Positions 8,030 through 15,876 of a stretch of 20,000 nt of DNA are shown here, piece by piece. The position numbers were made by a program, and so were the translations under genes. Each line of letters begins with the position of its first letter. Positions within the stretch are counted from its first letter, which is position 1. A model generated the notes under the pieces. That model had not been told where the DNA came from. It did not search any database and worked only from the letters and a program-made list of their open reading frames with translations. Origin of the DNA: an uncultured virus (IMG/VR IMGVR_UViG_3300030102_003916) (Duplodnaviria > Heunggongvirae > Uroviricota > Caudoviricetes > Kyanoviridae); IMG/VR virus record IMGVR_UViG_3300030102_003916, positions 55,656 through 75,655 of that record. One strand, 5' to 3'.

Positions 8030-9431
8030 ATCCAATCTCCTCCACACCCATGCACTCTGAAATCCCTGCATCGGTCTTGATGCCCGTTATCGTACCCATG
8101 ACATACGCGCCTATGTCTCCCCATCCTGATGACAATATATCCACCGTGACGAACAAAGGCGTGTCAATCTTGATTGCCTCGCCATCAATCATCTTGTATG
8201 ACGCACAGTAATTGTTGAAGTCAAAGTCACTCTCCATCTCACAGACAGGATAGTAATCGAAACCATCTCTCACTCCAAGTTTCCATAACTTCCTCGGCGC
8301 ACCTCCTGTCGTCGAATCAACGACTCGACCAGATAGCACACGGAGAATACGATCCTTGGATATTGGATTCAACAATGCGATTTCCTCAATGGTGTTCTCA
8401 TAAGTTAGCACCCCCCTCGCATTGCGAAGTATGAAGGGAAGGCCAGACTCAATGTGAACCGTCGCATGATAAGGTGCTTCCAACATCGTCATTGATTTCA
8501 TGCCCCACGCAGGTATGTCATTGAATCTGCGTCTGCGCTTTGTGTACGTTGCCTTGGGGTCATCTGGGTTCAGCCAATCAATCAATAGCATGGGGTTCTC
8601 CCTATGCTCTGCATAATCCACCAAATACACTCCTTCTGGGAGATTCAAAGATGAGGCCCATCGCTCCATCCATCCATCATCATCCGGTAACTCCTCCCCT
8701 GATGCACTAAATCCGACTGTGCCAGAGGACGAATGATGCAAGGTGGCCCACACCCCCTCGACTGTCTCAGCATAGCATCTAGTGAATGCCACGGCGTCCG
8801 TGCTTTCAACCAGATTCGGTGATGGGATTAACAATGGCATATTCGGAATCGGACGTATCTTGTTGTAATTGAAAGACCCCATGTTCAAGTCTCTCACGGT
8901 GTTTCTCAAACCTAGCAGATTCACAGATGTCCTCACATGATGGAATGGTTGGTCGTATGCCATGCCCAACGCCCTAACCACATCTCTTCGCCTGACTGGT
9001 GCGGCCCTTATGCTCAAACGCATGAATAAAGGGTGCAAGTCTCTCTTGTTTATGCGATCGAAGAGAGGACGTATCAACCATGCTCTAACCTCATTGTCGT
9101 CCGCCTCCAGAATCTTGTGCATCCTATCGACAATCGCTTTGGCGTGTCCCTCCGTGACGACAGTCTCAGACAATGATGTGAGCAGATCGATTGGGTCGGG
9201 ATTGGATTCGACCTCTTCTGGATACGCATCAGTCAATAGAAAATATATCTCTCTGAAATCCTCATCGCTAAGGCGATTGCCCACTCCATTCTTAGGATAG
9301 AAGAATGAAACCACCGACCATGGGTCTGTTGTCTCGGCACGGATATTGTTCGCAACCATTTCTGCTCTGTTTCTCAGTCGGTACAGCGTCATGACTCTCC
9401 ATGTCTCTGCCAGAGATCGGTACTTCAACAA
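8004..9431 (-). CDS. ATP-dependent DNA ligase homologue (DBD + NTase + OB domains), apparently catalytically inactive
   Basis: Collinear with archaeal ligases: YAETVEGVWATLH (motif I, normally EYKYDGERVQIH), GFSASGE (FSR), LLIDWL (FDIL), TYTKRRR, FILRNARG (EGLMLK), LRVLSGR, KLGVRDGFDYYPVC (OB). TTG start with SD GGAGGAGTGA. Confidence 0.75.
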   Translation of the reverse strand: MLKYRSLAETWRVMTLYRLRNRAEMVANNIRAETTDPWSVVSFFYPKNGVGNRLSDEDFREIYFLLTDAYPEEVESNPDPIDLLTSLSETVVTEGHAKAIVDRMHKILEADDNEVRAWLIRPLFDRINKRDLHPLFMRLSIRAAPVRRRDVVRALGMAYDQPFHHVRTSVNLLGLRNTVRDLNMGSFNYNKIRPIPNMPLLIPSPNLVESTDAVAFTRCYAETVEGVWATLHHSSSGTVGFSASGEELPDDDGWMERWASSLNLPEGVYLVDYAEHRENPMLLIDWLNPDDPKATYTKRRRRFNDIPAWGMKSMTMLEAPYHATVHIESGLPFILRNARGVLTYENTIEEIALLNPISKDRILRVLSGRVVDSTTGGAPRKLWKLGVRDGFDYYPVCEMESDFDFNNYCASYKMIDGEAIKIDTPLFVTVDILSSGWGDIGAYVMGTITGIKTDAGISECMGVEEIGYVEDTESE

Positions 9432-9434
9432 CTG

Positions 9435-9839
9435 TCACTCCTCCTCGTCCCTCATCCACCATGCAACGCAGTCTTGGTACAACTCCTCATCGCCTATGAC
9501 ATCTATGATTATGTCTCTAGCCCAATCTTGAATGAACCACCTGTCCTCGATCCTGCCAAGACTGTCCATGGCCTTCACGCCCCTCCCCAATGTCATCTGC
9601 CCTATGTATTTGAGATAGGAGACTGATACCTTCTTGCCCGTGCAATTCGCTACGATGTATATGCAATCGAAGCAATGAGTAATCGGACTGCGATTTACCT
9701 TGCTTCTAGTCTTCGACCAGATTTCATAGGAATACTCCGATAGTGACTCATAATCCTCGTCGTCGATAATCTCCCAAATCATCTGAATGAGAGACTTATG
9801 CTCAGACAGGAAGTCGTCGATGGATTCCCATTTACTCAT
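9435..9839 (-). CDS. hypothetical protein with TFIIB/TFB cyclin-repeat-like segment
   Basis: NRSPITHCFDCIYIVANCTGKKVS resembles TFB repeat GRSP..(A)AAC(I/L)YIA....G...T; likely start MSKWE at 9839. Confidence 0.5.
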   Translation of the reverse strand: MSKWESIDDFLSEHKSLIQMIWEIIDDEDYESLSEYSYEIWSKTRSKVNRSPITHCFDCIYIVANCTGKKVSVSYLKYIGQMTLGRGVKAMDSLGRIEDRWFIQDWARDIIIDVIGDEELYQDCVAWWMRDEEE

Positions 9840-10125
9840 CAACATCCCTCAAGGAGTCCTTTTCCACGACAATCCATACGTCATCATCCTCGACCAAATC
9901 CGAGAGCGCATCTCTCAATGCCCTAGCCTCAGTCCTGTTCAGAAAGAAACCGGCCTTGGTATAACCAGTCCAACCTGTTTTCGATGGCACGATACGACGC
10001 ATTCTCACGTTGAGCATACGTCCATCAAAGGCATTCGATGTTATGACGTGCAACTCCTCACCGGGATGACAAGTCGTTTCAATCTCATCATGAATGACGT
10101 TCTGGTAGTCATGCTCTCTGGTCAT
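9832..10125 (-). CDS. PC4-family ssDNA-binding/transcription coactivator-like protein
   Basis: EELHV......GRMLNVR.........YTKAGFFL...EA..L.DAL matches the PC4 pattern (..DIR....PTKKGISL..E...L). Confidence 0.7.
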   Translation of the reverse strand: MTREHDYQNVIHDEIETTCHPGEELHVITSNAFDGRMLNVRMRRIVPSKTGWTGYTKAGFFLNRTEARALRDALSDLVEDDDVWIVVEKDSLRDVDE

Positions 10126-10126
10126 C

Positions 10127-10630
10127 TCATTCCTCCTCTGATAGTATCTGCTTTATCCTAGCCCCTCTGTCATCCATTACCACATGGAGATTATCCCAAG
10201 CCTTTGTGAATCCTTGTTTGCCACAGGTCGGGCATTTTCTATCTGTTATCTGAATCATTATCTTGCCGGGTTCAGGCGGCTCTATCCTGACTATGGTTCC
10301 ACATTGCTTTGAGCATACCGCCGCCTCCCCATACCTGTCCTCTGGTATGTTCAACACCTCTCCCTCTTGGTTCCATGCCTTCTCGATCGCAAGTCCCACT
10401 TCCCAACCAATGTGCTTACCCAACTCGACTAGGTACTCATGGTCATCGAACAGGGTCCGAGATTCCTTTGTCACTTTATGAGTGGGCAGAGCGGCATACA
10501 ACTCGACGAGGACTATCTGGTTCTCCCCGGTTCTCTCATAGACACCGAGGTCTGGGACAATCCACCGTCCCCCCTCCGCCAGACCACCCCACAATTGGAT
10601 GGCCCATATGCAATCCTCCTCAGTAATCAT
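10127..10630 (-). CDS. hypothetical protein with C-terminal Zn ribbon
   Basis: CSKQC...CPTCG; tightly packed, ends in EEE encoding the next SD. Confidence 0.75.
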   Translation of the reverse strand: MITEEDCIWAIQLWGGLAEGGRWIVPDLGVYERTGENQIVLVELYAALPTHKVTKESRTLFDDHEYLVELGKHIGWEVGLAIEKAWNQEGEVLNIPEDRYGEAAVCSKQCGTIVRIEPPEPGKIMIQITDRKCPTCGKQGFTKAWDNLHVVMDDRGARIKQILSEEE

Positions 10631-10784
10631 TCGGATCCCACTCCCACTTCTTGCACATGGGACACGCTAGAGTCCCTTGCATCCTACTCTTCATGATGTT
10701 CTTTCTCCTCTTGCTCTTTGTCATTCTCACACCGCATCCCTCACACCACACTTGATACGCATATACATCTTCATCTTCGGTCAC
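10620..10784 (-). CDS. Zn-finger microprotein (54 aa)
   Basis: Manual translation MTEDEDVYAYQVWCEGCGVRMTKSKRRKNIMKSRMQGTLACPMCKKWEWDPNDY; GTGA overlap with the upstream gene; SD GGAGGGG. Confidence 0.7.
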   Translation of the reverse strand: MTEDEDVYAYQVWCEGCGVRMTKSKRRKNIMKSRMQGTLACPMCKKWEWDPNDY

Positions 10785-11101
10785 AGAATCCCCTCCAACT
10801 CTGAGTCACTCAGGTGCTTGGCAGACTGTAACCACCTCCTCACACGGAAGCCCACTCCCTCGGTTCTTTCCTTGTCATAGCGAGACAGCCAATCCTCTGC
10901 AATCCTCAAACGCGAGTCTATTATGTCTAACTTCTCTGCTTTCTCTATCCCAGACCACTCTTGATATTCGGATGTAGCAAGCAAAGCCCCCCTCTCTGCT
11001 CTGATTTCAGCCATCAATTCATTCCATGGTGCGGACAGCATTCTGTATCGCCTCTCTATGGCATATGCCCTTCCCTTTGGGTCGTTCATGGCAATATCCA
11101 T
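10781..11101 (-). CDS. hypothetical helical protein (start may be ATG 11089)
   Basis: ORF track; promoter-like element 24-29 nt upstream of the ATG at 11089. Confidence 0.7.
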   Translation of the reverse strand: MDIAMNDPKGRAYAIERRYRMLSAPWNELMAEIRAERGALLATSEYQEWSGIEKAEKLDIIDSRLRIAEDWLSRYDKERTEGVGFRVRRWLQSAKHLSDSELEGIL

Positions 11102-11112
11102 CGCGGTTTACG

Positions 11113-11127
11113 GTATAACCCCGCCTC
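11113..11127 (-). promoter_or_regulatory. putative viral promoter GAGGCGGGG + TTATAC
   Basis: Matches GGCGGG[AG]TTA[TA]A in a short intergenic gap; spacing fits a leaderless start at 11089. Confidence 0.55.
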
Positions 11128-11129
11128 TC

Positions 11130-11606
11130 TCACAGCCAATCAGGCATTGAATCATCGAAGTCATCTAGCGGCGGCACTATTCGGACGGCAAACAAGTCGT
11201 CTAAATCCAATTGAACAGGATGCCATCCTCTCCTCTCAAGCATAGAGTCCACATAATTCAGAATCGTCGAATCCTTCTCCACCAACTCCAGAGTGTCTCC
11301 TGTAACCACACCATGAGGAATCCAACCAGTCCTTCCGGTATCGACCTCAATCACACCAAAATGCCTGTCTGGCAACTTCATGGGAAGTATATCTCTGGAG
11401 AACATATTCTCTGCAAGCCTGACATTCTGCATTATGATGATTGACGATCTGATGTCCCATGGTTGTCCGTCAGCAGTTTCTCCCTCATCAGAACCCGCAT
11501 AGCCATCGTCGCTAATTACAGTAAGGCTTGGCATGACCCAACGAGCGAGCGCGTACTCAAAGGCCGCTTTAGGGGCATCAGGGAGGTTGTCCTTGTCAAT
11601 CCTCAT
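11130..11606 (-). CDS. hypothetical protein (158 aa)
   Basis: ORF track; SD GGAG and ATGA coupling with the upstream micro-ORF. Confidence 0.75.
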   Translation of the reverse strand: MRIDKDNLPDAPKAAFEYALARWVMPSLTVISDDGYAGSDEGETADGQPWDIRSSIIIMQNVRLAENMFSRDILPMKLPDRHFGVIEVDTGRTGWIPHGVVTGDTLELVEKDSTILNYVDSMLERRGWHPVQLDLDDLFAVRIVPPLDDFDDSMPDWL

Positions 11607-11716
11607 TCAATCAACTCCTTGTTAGGCTTACATCTAGGGCATGGGCCTTCGTAATGACTGTTCACATTATGATAATACATTGTACCTGTACCAAGACAAT
11701 ATTTGCACTTGGTCAT
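11603..11716 (-). CDS. Zn-finger microprotein (37 aa, CxxCxGxG...CPxC)
   Basis: MTKCKYCLGTGTMYYHNVNSHYEGPCPRCKPNKELIE; ATGA overlaps at both ends, exactly filling the gap. Confidence 0.7.
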   Translation of the reverse strand: MTKCKYCLGTGTMYYHNVNSHYEGPCPRCKPNKELIE

Positions 11717-11982
11717 TGATTCTCCCTCATCATCTTAATCAGTATGTCATATGCCTTCTTAGCAGGGGCATTGATGACTATTGGCTCAGGATCATCGGCA
11801 GTCCTGTGTATCGTCCACTCGGTAGTGTCCACGCCGTTACCGGGAGTCATGGTCATGGAGTGTGGTGGGCGTCCGAATAGGAACTGTGCGCCCACCCAGA
11901 CGTTCTTGGCCTTCTTGCGTGTCCTGCCGGGGCATCTAGTGAACTCAGTTACTCTTGGCCCTTTGTTGTAAGCCATGCTCAC
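11713..11982 (-). CDS. hypothetical basic protein
   Basis: ORF track; coupled to neighbours, SD GGAGGAG. Confidence 0.7.
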   Translation of the reverse strand: MSMAYNKGPRVTEFTRCPGRTRKKAKNVWVGAQFLFGRPPHSMTMTPGNGVDTTEWTIHRTADDPEPIVINAPAKKAYDILIKMMRENQ

Positions 11983-12203
11983 TCCTCCTCCTCTTTCTTA
12001 GCGGTGATTACCCTGCCAAAGTGATCGCCCATGTAAACGTGGTTTGACACACAAACCGCGCCGACCTTCTCAGTCAGTTTCATGCTCAATCCGTAGTTAG
12101 CCATTAATTGAGCCAAGTCCTCCATGAGGTCCGGCACTCTGTCTCTCCGAAACGATGCGACGTTCCTCAGAGTGATTTTGATTCCTACCCAATCTCCCAT
12201 CAT
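11979..12203 (-). CDS. hypothetical protein (74 aa)
   Basis: 4-nt overlaps with both neighbours. Confidence 0.7.
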   Translation of the reverse strand: MMGDWVGIKITLRNVASFRRDRVPDLMEDLAQLMANYGLSMKLTEKVGAVCVSNHVYMGDHFGRVITAKKEEEE

Positions 12204-12508
12204 GCCATCTCCTGTCTTGCGATTATCTCTTGGTGAAACTCGTCACCCATCTTGGTAATCAACTCACGGAGAATCTCTCTTGTGTCTGATACCTGACCGG
12301 CCTCTATCCAATCGGAGAGCCTAGCGAGTATATCTATCAATGAATTGAAACGAGGGGTGTTTGCTAATTGCTCAATAGTCTCGTCAAGCACTCGGATTGC
12401 CTCCCCATGCTCATCCTGTCCTAGCCTCGTGTACGCGATTAGCAACAGGCCTGATACTGCACGTTCCATTCCTCTTACGGCATCATAGGCACTATCAATG
12501 GGATTCAT
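12200..12508 (-). CDS. hypothetical helical protein (102 aa)
   Basis: SD GGAGGTGGAGG; ATGA overlaps. Confidence 0.75.
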   Translation of the reverse strand: MNPIDSAYDAVRGMERAVSGLLLIAYTRLGQDEHGEAIRVLDETIEQLANTPRFNSLIDILARLSDWIEAGQVSDTREILRELITKMGDEFHQEIIARQEMA

Positions 12509-12663
12509 GCCTCCACCTCCTCACACGCGCACCTCTCGCCACCCCACTCCTCCTCGCGGTAGTCTGGGATGATTGGCAGGTCGCAGATTGCACAGTCACA
12601 TAGATCAGTAACCCATGCGGGCAGGTACTCCTCTGGATGCTGTGGGTAGTCTGAGTCTCTCAT
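12505..12663 (-). CDS. Cys-rich acidic microprotein (52 aa)
   Basis: MRDSDYPQHPEEYLPAWVTDLCDCAICDLPIIPDYREEEWGGERCACEEVEA; ATGA overlaps at both ends. Confidence 0.7.
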   Translation of the reverse strand: MRDSDYPQHPEEYLPAWVTDLCDCAICDLPIIPDYREEEWGGERCACEEVEA

Positions 12664-12869
12664 CTTAACCATCTCCTCCCTTCTGGTAGTAGTGCGTTTG
12701 CTTCTCTTATTTTTTTTCGGAATTGAATTATTTCGCTTGTTTCCATCTCATCAAGCCTGTCAGCGAACTCATCTATGGAATCATCATCGTGATACAGATA
12801 GTTTACTTTGTCAAGAAACTTGCTCAAATCCGATTGCAAACTGGATACTGATCCTTTTCTGCTTGGCAT
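12660..12869 (-). CDS. hypothetical protein (69 aa)
   Basis: ORF track; SD GGAGGCGTGA upstream. Confidence 0.7.
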   Translation of the reverse strand: MPSRKGSVSSLQSDLSKFLDKVNYLYHDDDSIDEFADRLDEMETSEIIQFRKKIREANALLPEGRRWLR

Positions 12870-12873
12870 CTTA

Positions 12874-13242
12874 TCACGCCTCCACCGCTACGACATCAAT
12901 GTAGTGCATGATGTCCTCTTCCTCTCTCAAGGCAGGGGTATCCATCACAATGACATTGCCCGCAATGAGTTTCTCACTCATGAGGACATTGGGGAAAAGC
13001 AATTTCTGGAAGTATGTTACGAAACGTGCATTGGTCTGGAACTCATCGCTCAGTCCGGCCATCTCATTTGCAAAGATGATGTGTCCGGGGACGGGTAGTT
13101 TCTCAATTGGACCCTCCACGAATCCCTGCAATTCCTCTAACGTGAAGTCCTCCCCATTCTTGGGTTCGACCTCGACAATGGGATAAGGATAGGCCTCGCT
13201 ACGCTGATAGAATATCCATGCCTTCTTTGGTAAGTCGCCCAT
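12874..13242 (-). CDS. DUF3846-family protein
   Basis: FTLEELQGFVEGPIE...ANE.....N..A......IAGNVIV, the characteristic pattern of this phage family. Confidence 0.75.
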   Translation of the reverse strand: MGDLPKKAWIFYQRSEAYPYPIVEVEPKNGEDFTLEELQGFVEGPIEKLPVPGHIIFANEMAGLSDEFQTNARFVTYFQKLLFPNVLMSEKLIAGNVIVMDTPALREEEDIMHYIDVVAVEA

Positions 13243-13243
13243 G

Positions 13244-13393
13244 CTACTCCTCCTCCTGATCTAGTAGTGCCTCAACGCGATTCTTCGCTAGTGCCTTGGC
13301 ACTCATGATGTGAGGCGGGTCTGCCTTGCGTCGTGCCTTGAATTTCATGTTGTAGCGGTATCTCTGTGCGGCTCTCTGTCTGCTGTTAGGCAT
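13244..13393 (-). CDS. small basic protein (49 aa)
   Basis: MPNSRQRAAQRYRYNMKFKARRKADPPHIMSAKALAKNRVEALLDQEEE; fills the gap, SD GGAGGAGTGA. Confidence 0.65.
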   Translation of the reverse strand: MPNSRQRAAQRYRYNMKFKARRKADPPHIMSAKALAKNRVEALLDQEEE

Positions 13394-13395
13394 GG

Positions 13396-13740
13396 TCACT
13401 CCTCCTCCGTATCTGCATAGGAATGAACGGGGCGAATAGTGCCGTATGAGGGTATATCAGCCACCTGATTGACCCCTGCCAACATCCTATCGACGAAGGC
13501 GTTCCTCTCTGCTCGCGTTGCGCCCTTGAGAGTGTATATCGCCGTGCCGAGTCTGTTCTTGACCGTGTACCTCAGTCCCGACTTCGACTTGATTACAGTC
13601 ACACCAGTAATGGGGTCAGACCACTTCAAGGGCTTCTTCAACTCATGAGTGCCGTACTTCTCCCCTGATGCCATCAGGATGTATTTCTCCCCGGTCTGCT
13701 CTGCTTGGATGTATCCGTACCGATCGTATGTGTATGACAT
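13396..13740 (-). CDS. hypothetical protein (114 aa)
   Basis: ORF track; begins directly after the previous stop. Confidence 0.75.
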   Translation of the reverse strand: MSYTYDRYGYIQAEQTGEKYILMASGEKYGTHELKKPLKWSDPITGVTVIKSKSGLRYTVKNRLGTAIYTLKGATRAERNAFVDRMLAGVNQVADIPSYGTIRPVHSYADTEEE

Positions 13741-14754
13741 TCACTCGTCCCCCATCCAATTGTAGCGGCAGGAGCGACCGCTCGCTCCGTTGGTGACAAT
13801 CCAACCTGCCTTGAGTAGTGCGTCGAAGCGTGGCCTCCAGTCGTCATCGTTGAGGCCCATCTCCGCCATGCCCTTCCGTACTGCACCGATAGTCAGGTCG
13901 CCTAGAGACAGGACGCTACTAAGTGCGTCCGTAATCTGCTCCCTCTGCTTGACTATGGCGGAGAATGCGGGGGCGTCACCCTCGACCCCCACACCCTCCT
14001 CGGATGTGATGGACTGAACAGTCTGTCCCTCTCCTCCCATGACTACTATGCTAGGAGGCATCTCCTCGGTCGGGTGAACAACCGGGTCCGAGGTGGGTGA
14101 CTCATGGGTTGGAGTAGTAATGATGTCGGATCTTGTGACCGGACTAGCGACTGGTGTCTCTAGTCCCTCGACGGTGACGCTGACGTTGGTCTGAATCGTA
14201 CCCTTGGAACGGGACTTGACTCTGCGTGTGAGTGACTCGACCATGGCGTCTATGCGCTCCTTGTCTTGGATGTCTGGTAACTGTGCCTTGTCTATGGACG
14301 TGCGACCGGACTCGTTAGTGACCATGGCCTCGTCCTGAACCTCGTTGAGTAAATCCACTACTTCCTGAACCCTGTCCATGTTACCGCCGAATGCGTGACG
14401 CAGACTAGCAATCAAGAAGGAGTAATTGTATTTGTGGTCAAGAGCCATGGTCGTCGTGACATCGCTCTTGCCCACGGGTATCACGACTGATGGCTTGTCG
14501 TCCTCTGCTTGGCGGACCTTGAGTGTGACACCACCCACAGTCACCTCTAAGTCCGTCTGCCCGACAGTCCTCAATGGGTTCATGCCCTTACGCTCCTCTT
14601 GTGAGAAGTAAACGCGCTCACCCGTGACTTCCATCTGCTCATGGATGAGTCTCTTCACCTCTGCACCTATCGGTTCCAGAGCGATTAACTCAACGGGTAT
14701 ATTGCCCGCACCAAATTGTTCTTTCAATTGCTTTCCTATCTTTGCTTTGCTCAT
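13741..14754 (-). CDS. hypothetical protein with Thr/Pro-rich linker and C-terminal winged-helix domain
   Basis: C-terminus GDLTIGAVRKGM...DDWRPRFDALLKAGWIVTNGASGRSCRY fits wHTH; SD AGGAG. Confidence 0.7.
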   Translation of the reverse strand: MSKAKIGKQLKEQFGAGNIPVELIALEPIGAEVKRLIHEQMEVTGERVYFSQEERKGMNPLRTVGQTDLEVTVGGVTLKVRQAEDDKPSVVIPVGKSDVTTTMALDHKYNYSFLIASLRHAFGGNMDRVQEVVDLLNEVQDEAMVTNESGRTSIDKAQLPDIQDKERIDAMVESLTRRVKSRSKGTIQTNVSVTVEGLETPVASPVTRSDIITTPTHESPTSDPVVHPTEEMPPSIVVMGGEGQTVQSITSEEGVGVEGDAPAFSAIVKQREQITDALSSVLSLGDLTIGAVRKGMAEMGLNDDDWRPRFDALLKAGWIVTNGASGRSCRYNWMGDE

Positions 14755-14812
14755 TCTATTGTCTCCTAGCCCTCATCGGGGAATACTTCATGAGTGGGGG
14801 TAGTATTTGAAC

Positions 14813-14971
14813 CTACTTCCGCTTGTGATATGCGACCATACCAGATCGCTTCTCCTTCATGTTCAACAGGTAGCACTTGCCACAGTACCATCTCTTGCGA
14901 GTCACTTGCGAGACTGATGATTTGGTATTCCTAGTATTGATGTCCTTTCTGCACCTGTAACACACGGGCAT
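14813..14971 (-). CDS. Zn-finger microprotein (52 aa)
   Basis: MPVCYRCRKDINTRNTKSSVSQVTRKRWYCGKCYLLNMKEKRSGMVAYHKRK. Confidence 0.65.
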   Translation of the reverse strand: MPVCYRCRKDINTRNTKSSVSQVTRKRWYCGKCYLLNMKEKRSGMVAYHKRK

Positions 14972-14993
14972 GATTAGCAAAGGGGCGTTTCGC

Positions 14994-15113
14994 TTATGAT
15001 TGCTCCTCTGGTATCGTCCATGGCCTCTGGTTCAGACAAACCTCGCAGTATATCTCTCTCTTGAAGAATACGTTCCTCATCCTGCATCTCTGGCATAGGG
15101 ACAATGTAGCCAT
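14994..15113 (-). CDS. Zn-finger microprotein (39 aa)
   Basis: MATLSLCQRCRMRNVFFKREIYCEVCLNQRPWTIPEEQS; SD GGAGGT, starts right after the upstream stop. Confidence 0.65.
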   Translation of the reverse strand: MATLSLCQRCRMRNVFFKREIYCEVCLNQRPWTIPEEQS

Positions 15114-15272
15114 TCACTCAACCTCCACTCCACACTTCGGGCATTGATCTCCTTTGTTCCAATCTGCTTGAATTAAAATGCCGTGACTGTTCTTGCACTT
15201 GTTAGGACAAGGCCTTTTCTTGTTTCCAGATGGCAGGGTAATATTGAACATCCCTCTAAATGGGTCTTCCAT
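15114..15272 (-). CDS. Zn-finger microprotein (52 aa)
   Basis: MEDPFRGMFNITLPSGNKKRPCPNKCKNSHGILIQADWNKGDQCPKCGVEVE; abuts both neighbours. Confidence 0.7.
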   Translation of the reverse strand: MEDPFRGMFNITLPSGNKKRPCPNKCKNSHGILIQADWNKGDQCPKCGVEVE

Positions 15273-15530
15273 TCACTCGTCCCCCTTTGGCTCGTAATCG
15301 ACGTGGTTCTCAGGTAGCCTGTGCTTTCTCCTGTCGCTCATGTTCTCAAGATACTTACAGATGTTCTCTGCTCCCTTCCTGAATCTCTTCTCCGCAACCT
15401 TGTCTCCCCTTGGTATCATCTGGGACATGAGTCCGCTCAGGTTAATCTCGTATCCTATGTGTTGGAGGATTTCGTACTCGACGTGCGTGATGCTTACTGC
15501 CCTGCCCTTGCTGATTTGTCCATCGCTCAT
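15273..15530 (-). CDS. hypothetical protein (85 aa)
   Basis: ORF track; ATGA overlap with the upstream micro-ORF. Confidence 0.75.
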   Translation of the reverse strand: MSDGQISKGRAVSITHVEYEILQHIGYEINLSGLMSQMIPRGDKVAEKRFRKGAENICKYLENMSDRRKHRLPENHVDYEPKGDE

Positions 15531-15655
15531 CTCTTACACCTGCAAGCATCGTTCATCAAGGCTCCCCATGGTCCGGTCGATCCACCGCACTTTCGACAGA
15601 TGCCCAAAAGCACCTCACTCTTTTTTGCTTCATTTTTCTTCTTCTTTTCACTCAT
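15527..15655 (-). CDS. Lys-rich Cys microprotein (42 aa)
   Basis: MSEKKKKNEAKKSEVLLGICRKCGGSTGPWGALMNDACRCKR; first gene after the AT-rich intergenic region. Confidence 0.6.
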   Translation of the reverse strand: MSEKKKKNEAKKSEVLLGICRKCGGSTGPWGALMNDACRCKR

Positions 15656-15876
15656 TTTTTCACTTCCATAAACCGGGCCAATTTTGCCTCGGTAAAATTA
15701 ACGAGTCGGTATTTGACCATAAAGGCTTCTGCCCAAAAACGGGGTACTGCGAGCCATTTTTGTTAAAAAATGCCTATTTTTGGATATACAACGTGCATTT
15801 ATGATCGAAATAGAATCGAAACTGCACGAGCGAGAATCGAACCTATTTTGTGAGCGAAAGCACTTGGGGGAAGAAC
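15656..15876. other. AT-rich non-coding region between divergent genes, with A/T tracts and short repeats
   Basis: Longest non-coding stretch in the window; multiple A/T runs, ATCGAA x3, CC(A/T)ATTTT-like motif x4. Confidence 0.6.

Noticed and set aside
12710..12717. A8 run on the coding strand as a programmed frameshift site
   Set aside because: The ORF ends normally with ATGA coupling, and no supporting downstream structure was seen.
251..14611. Numerous plus-strand ORFs of 60-125 aa
   Set aside because: Antisense shadows of well-supported minus-strand genes; Ser/Leu-rich and motif-less.
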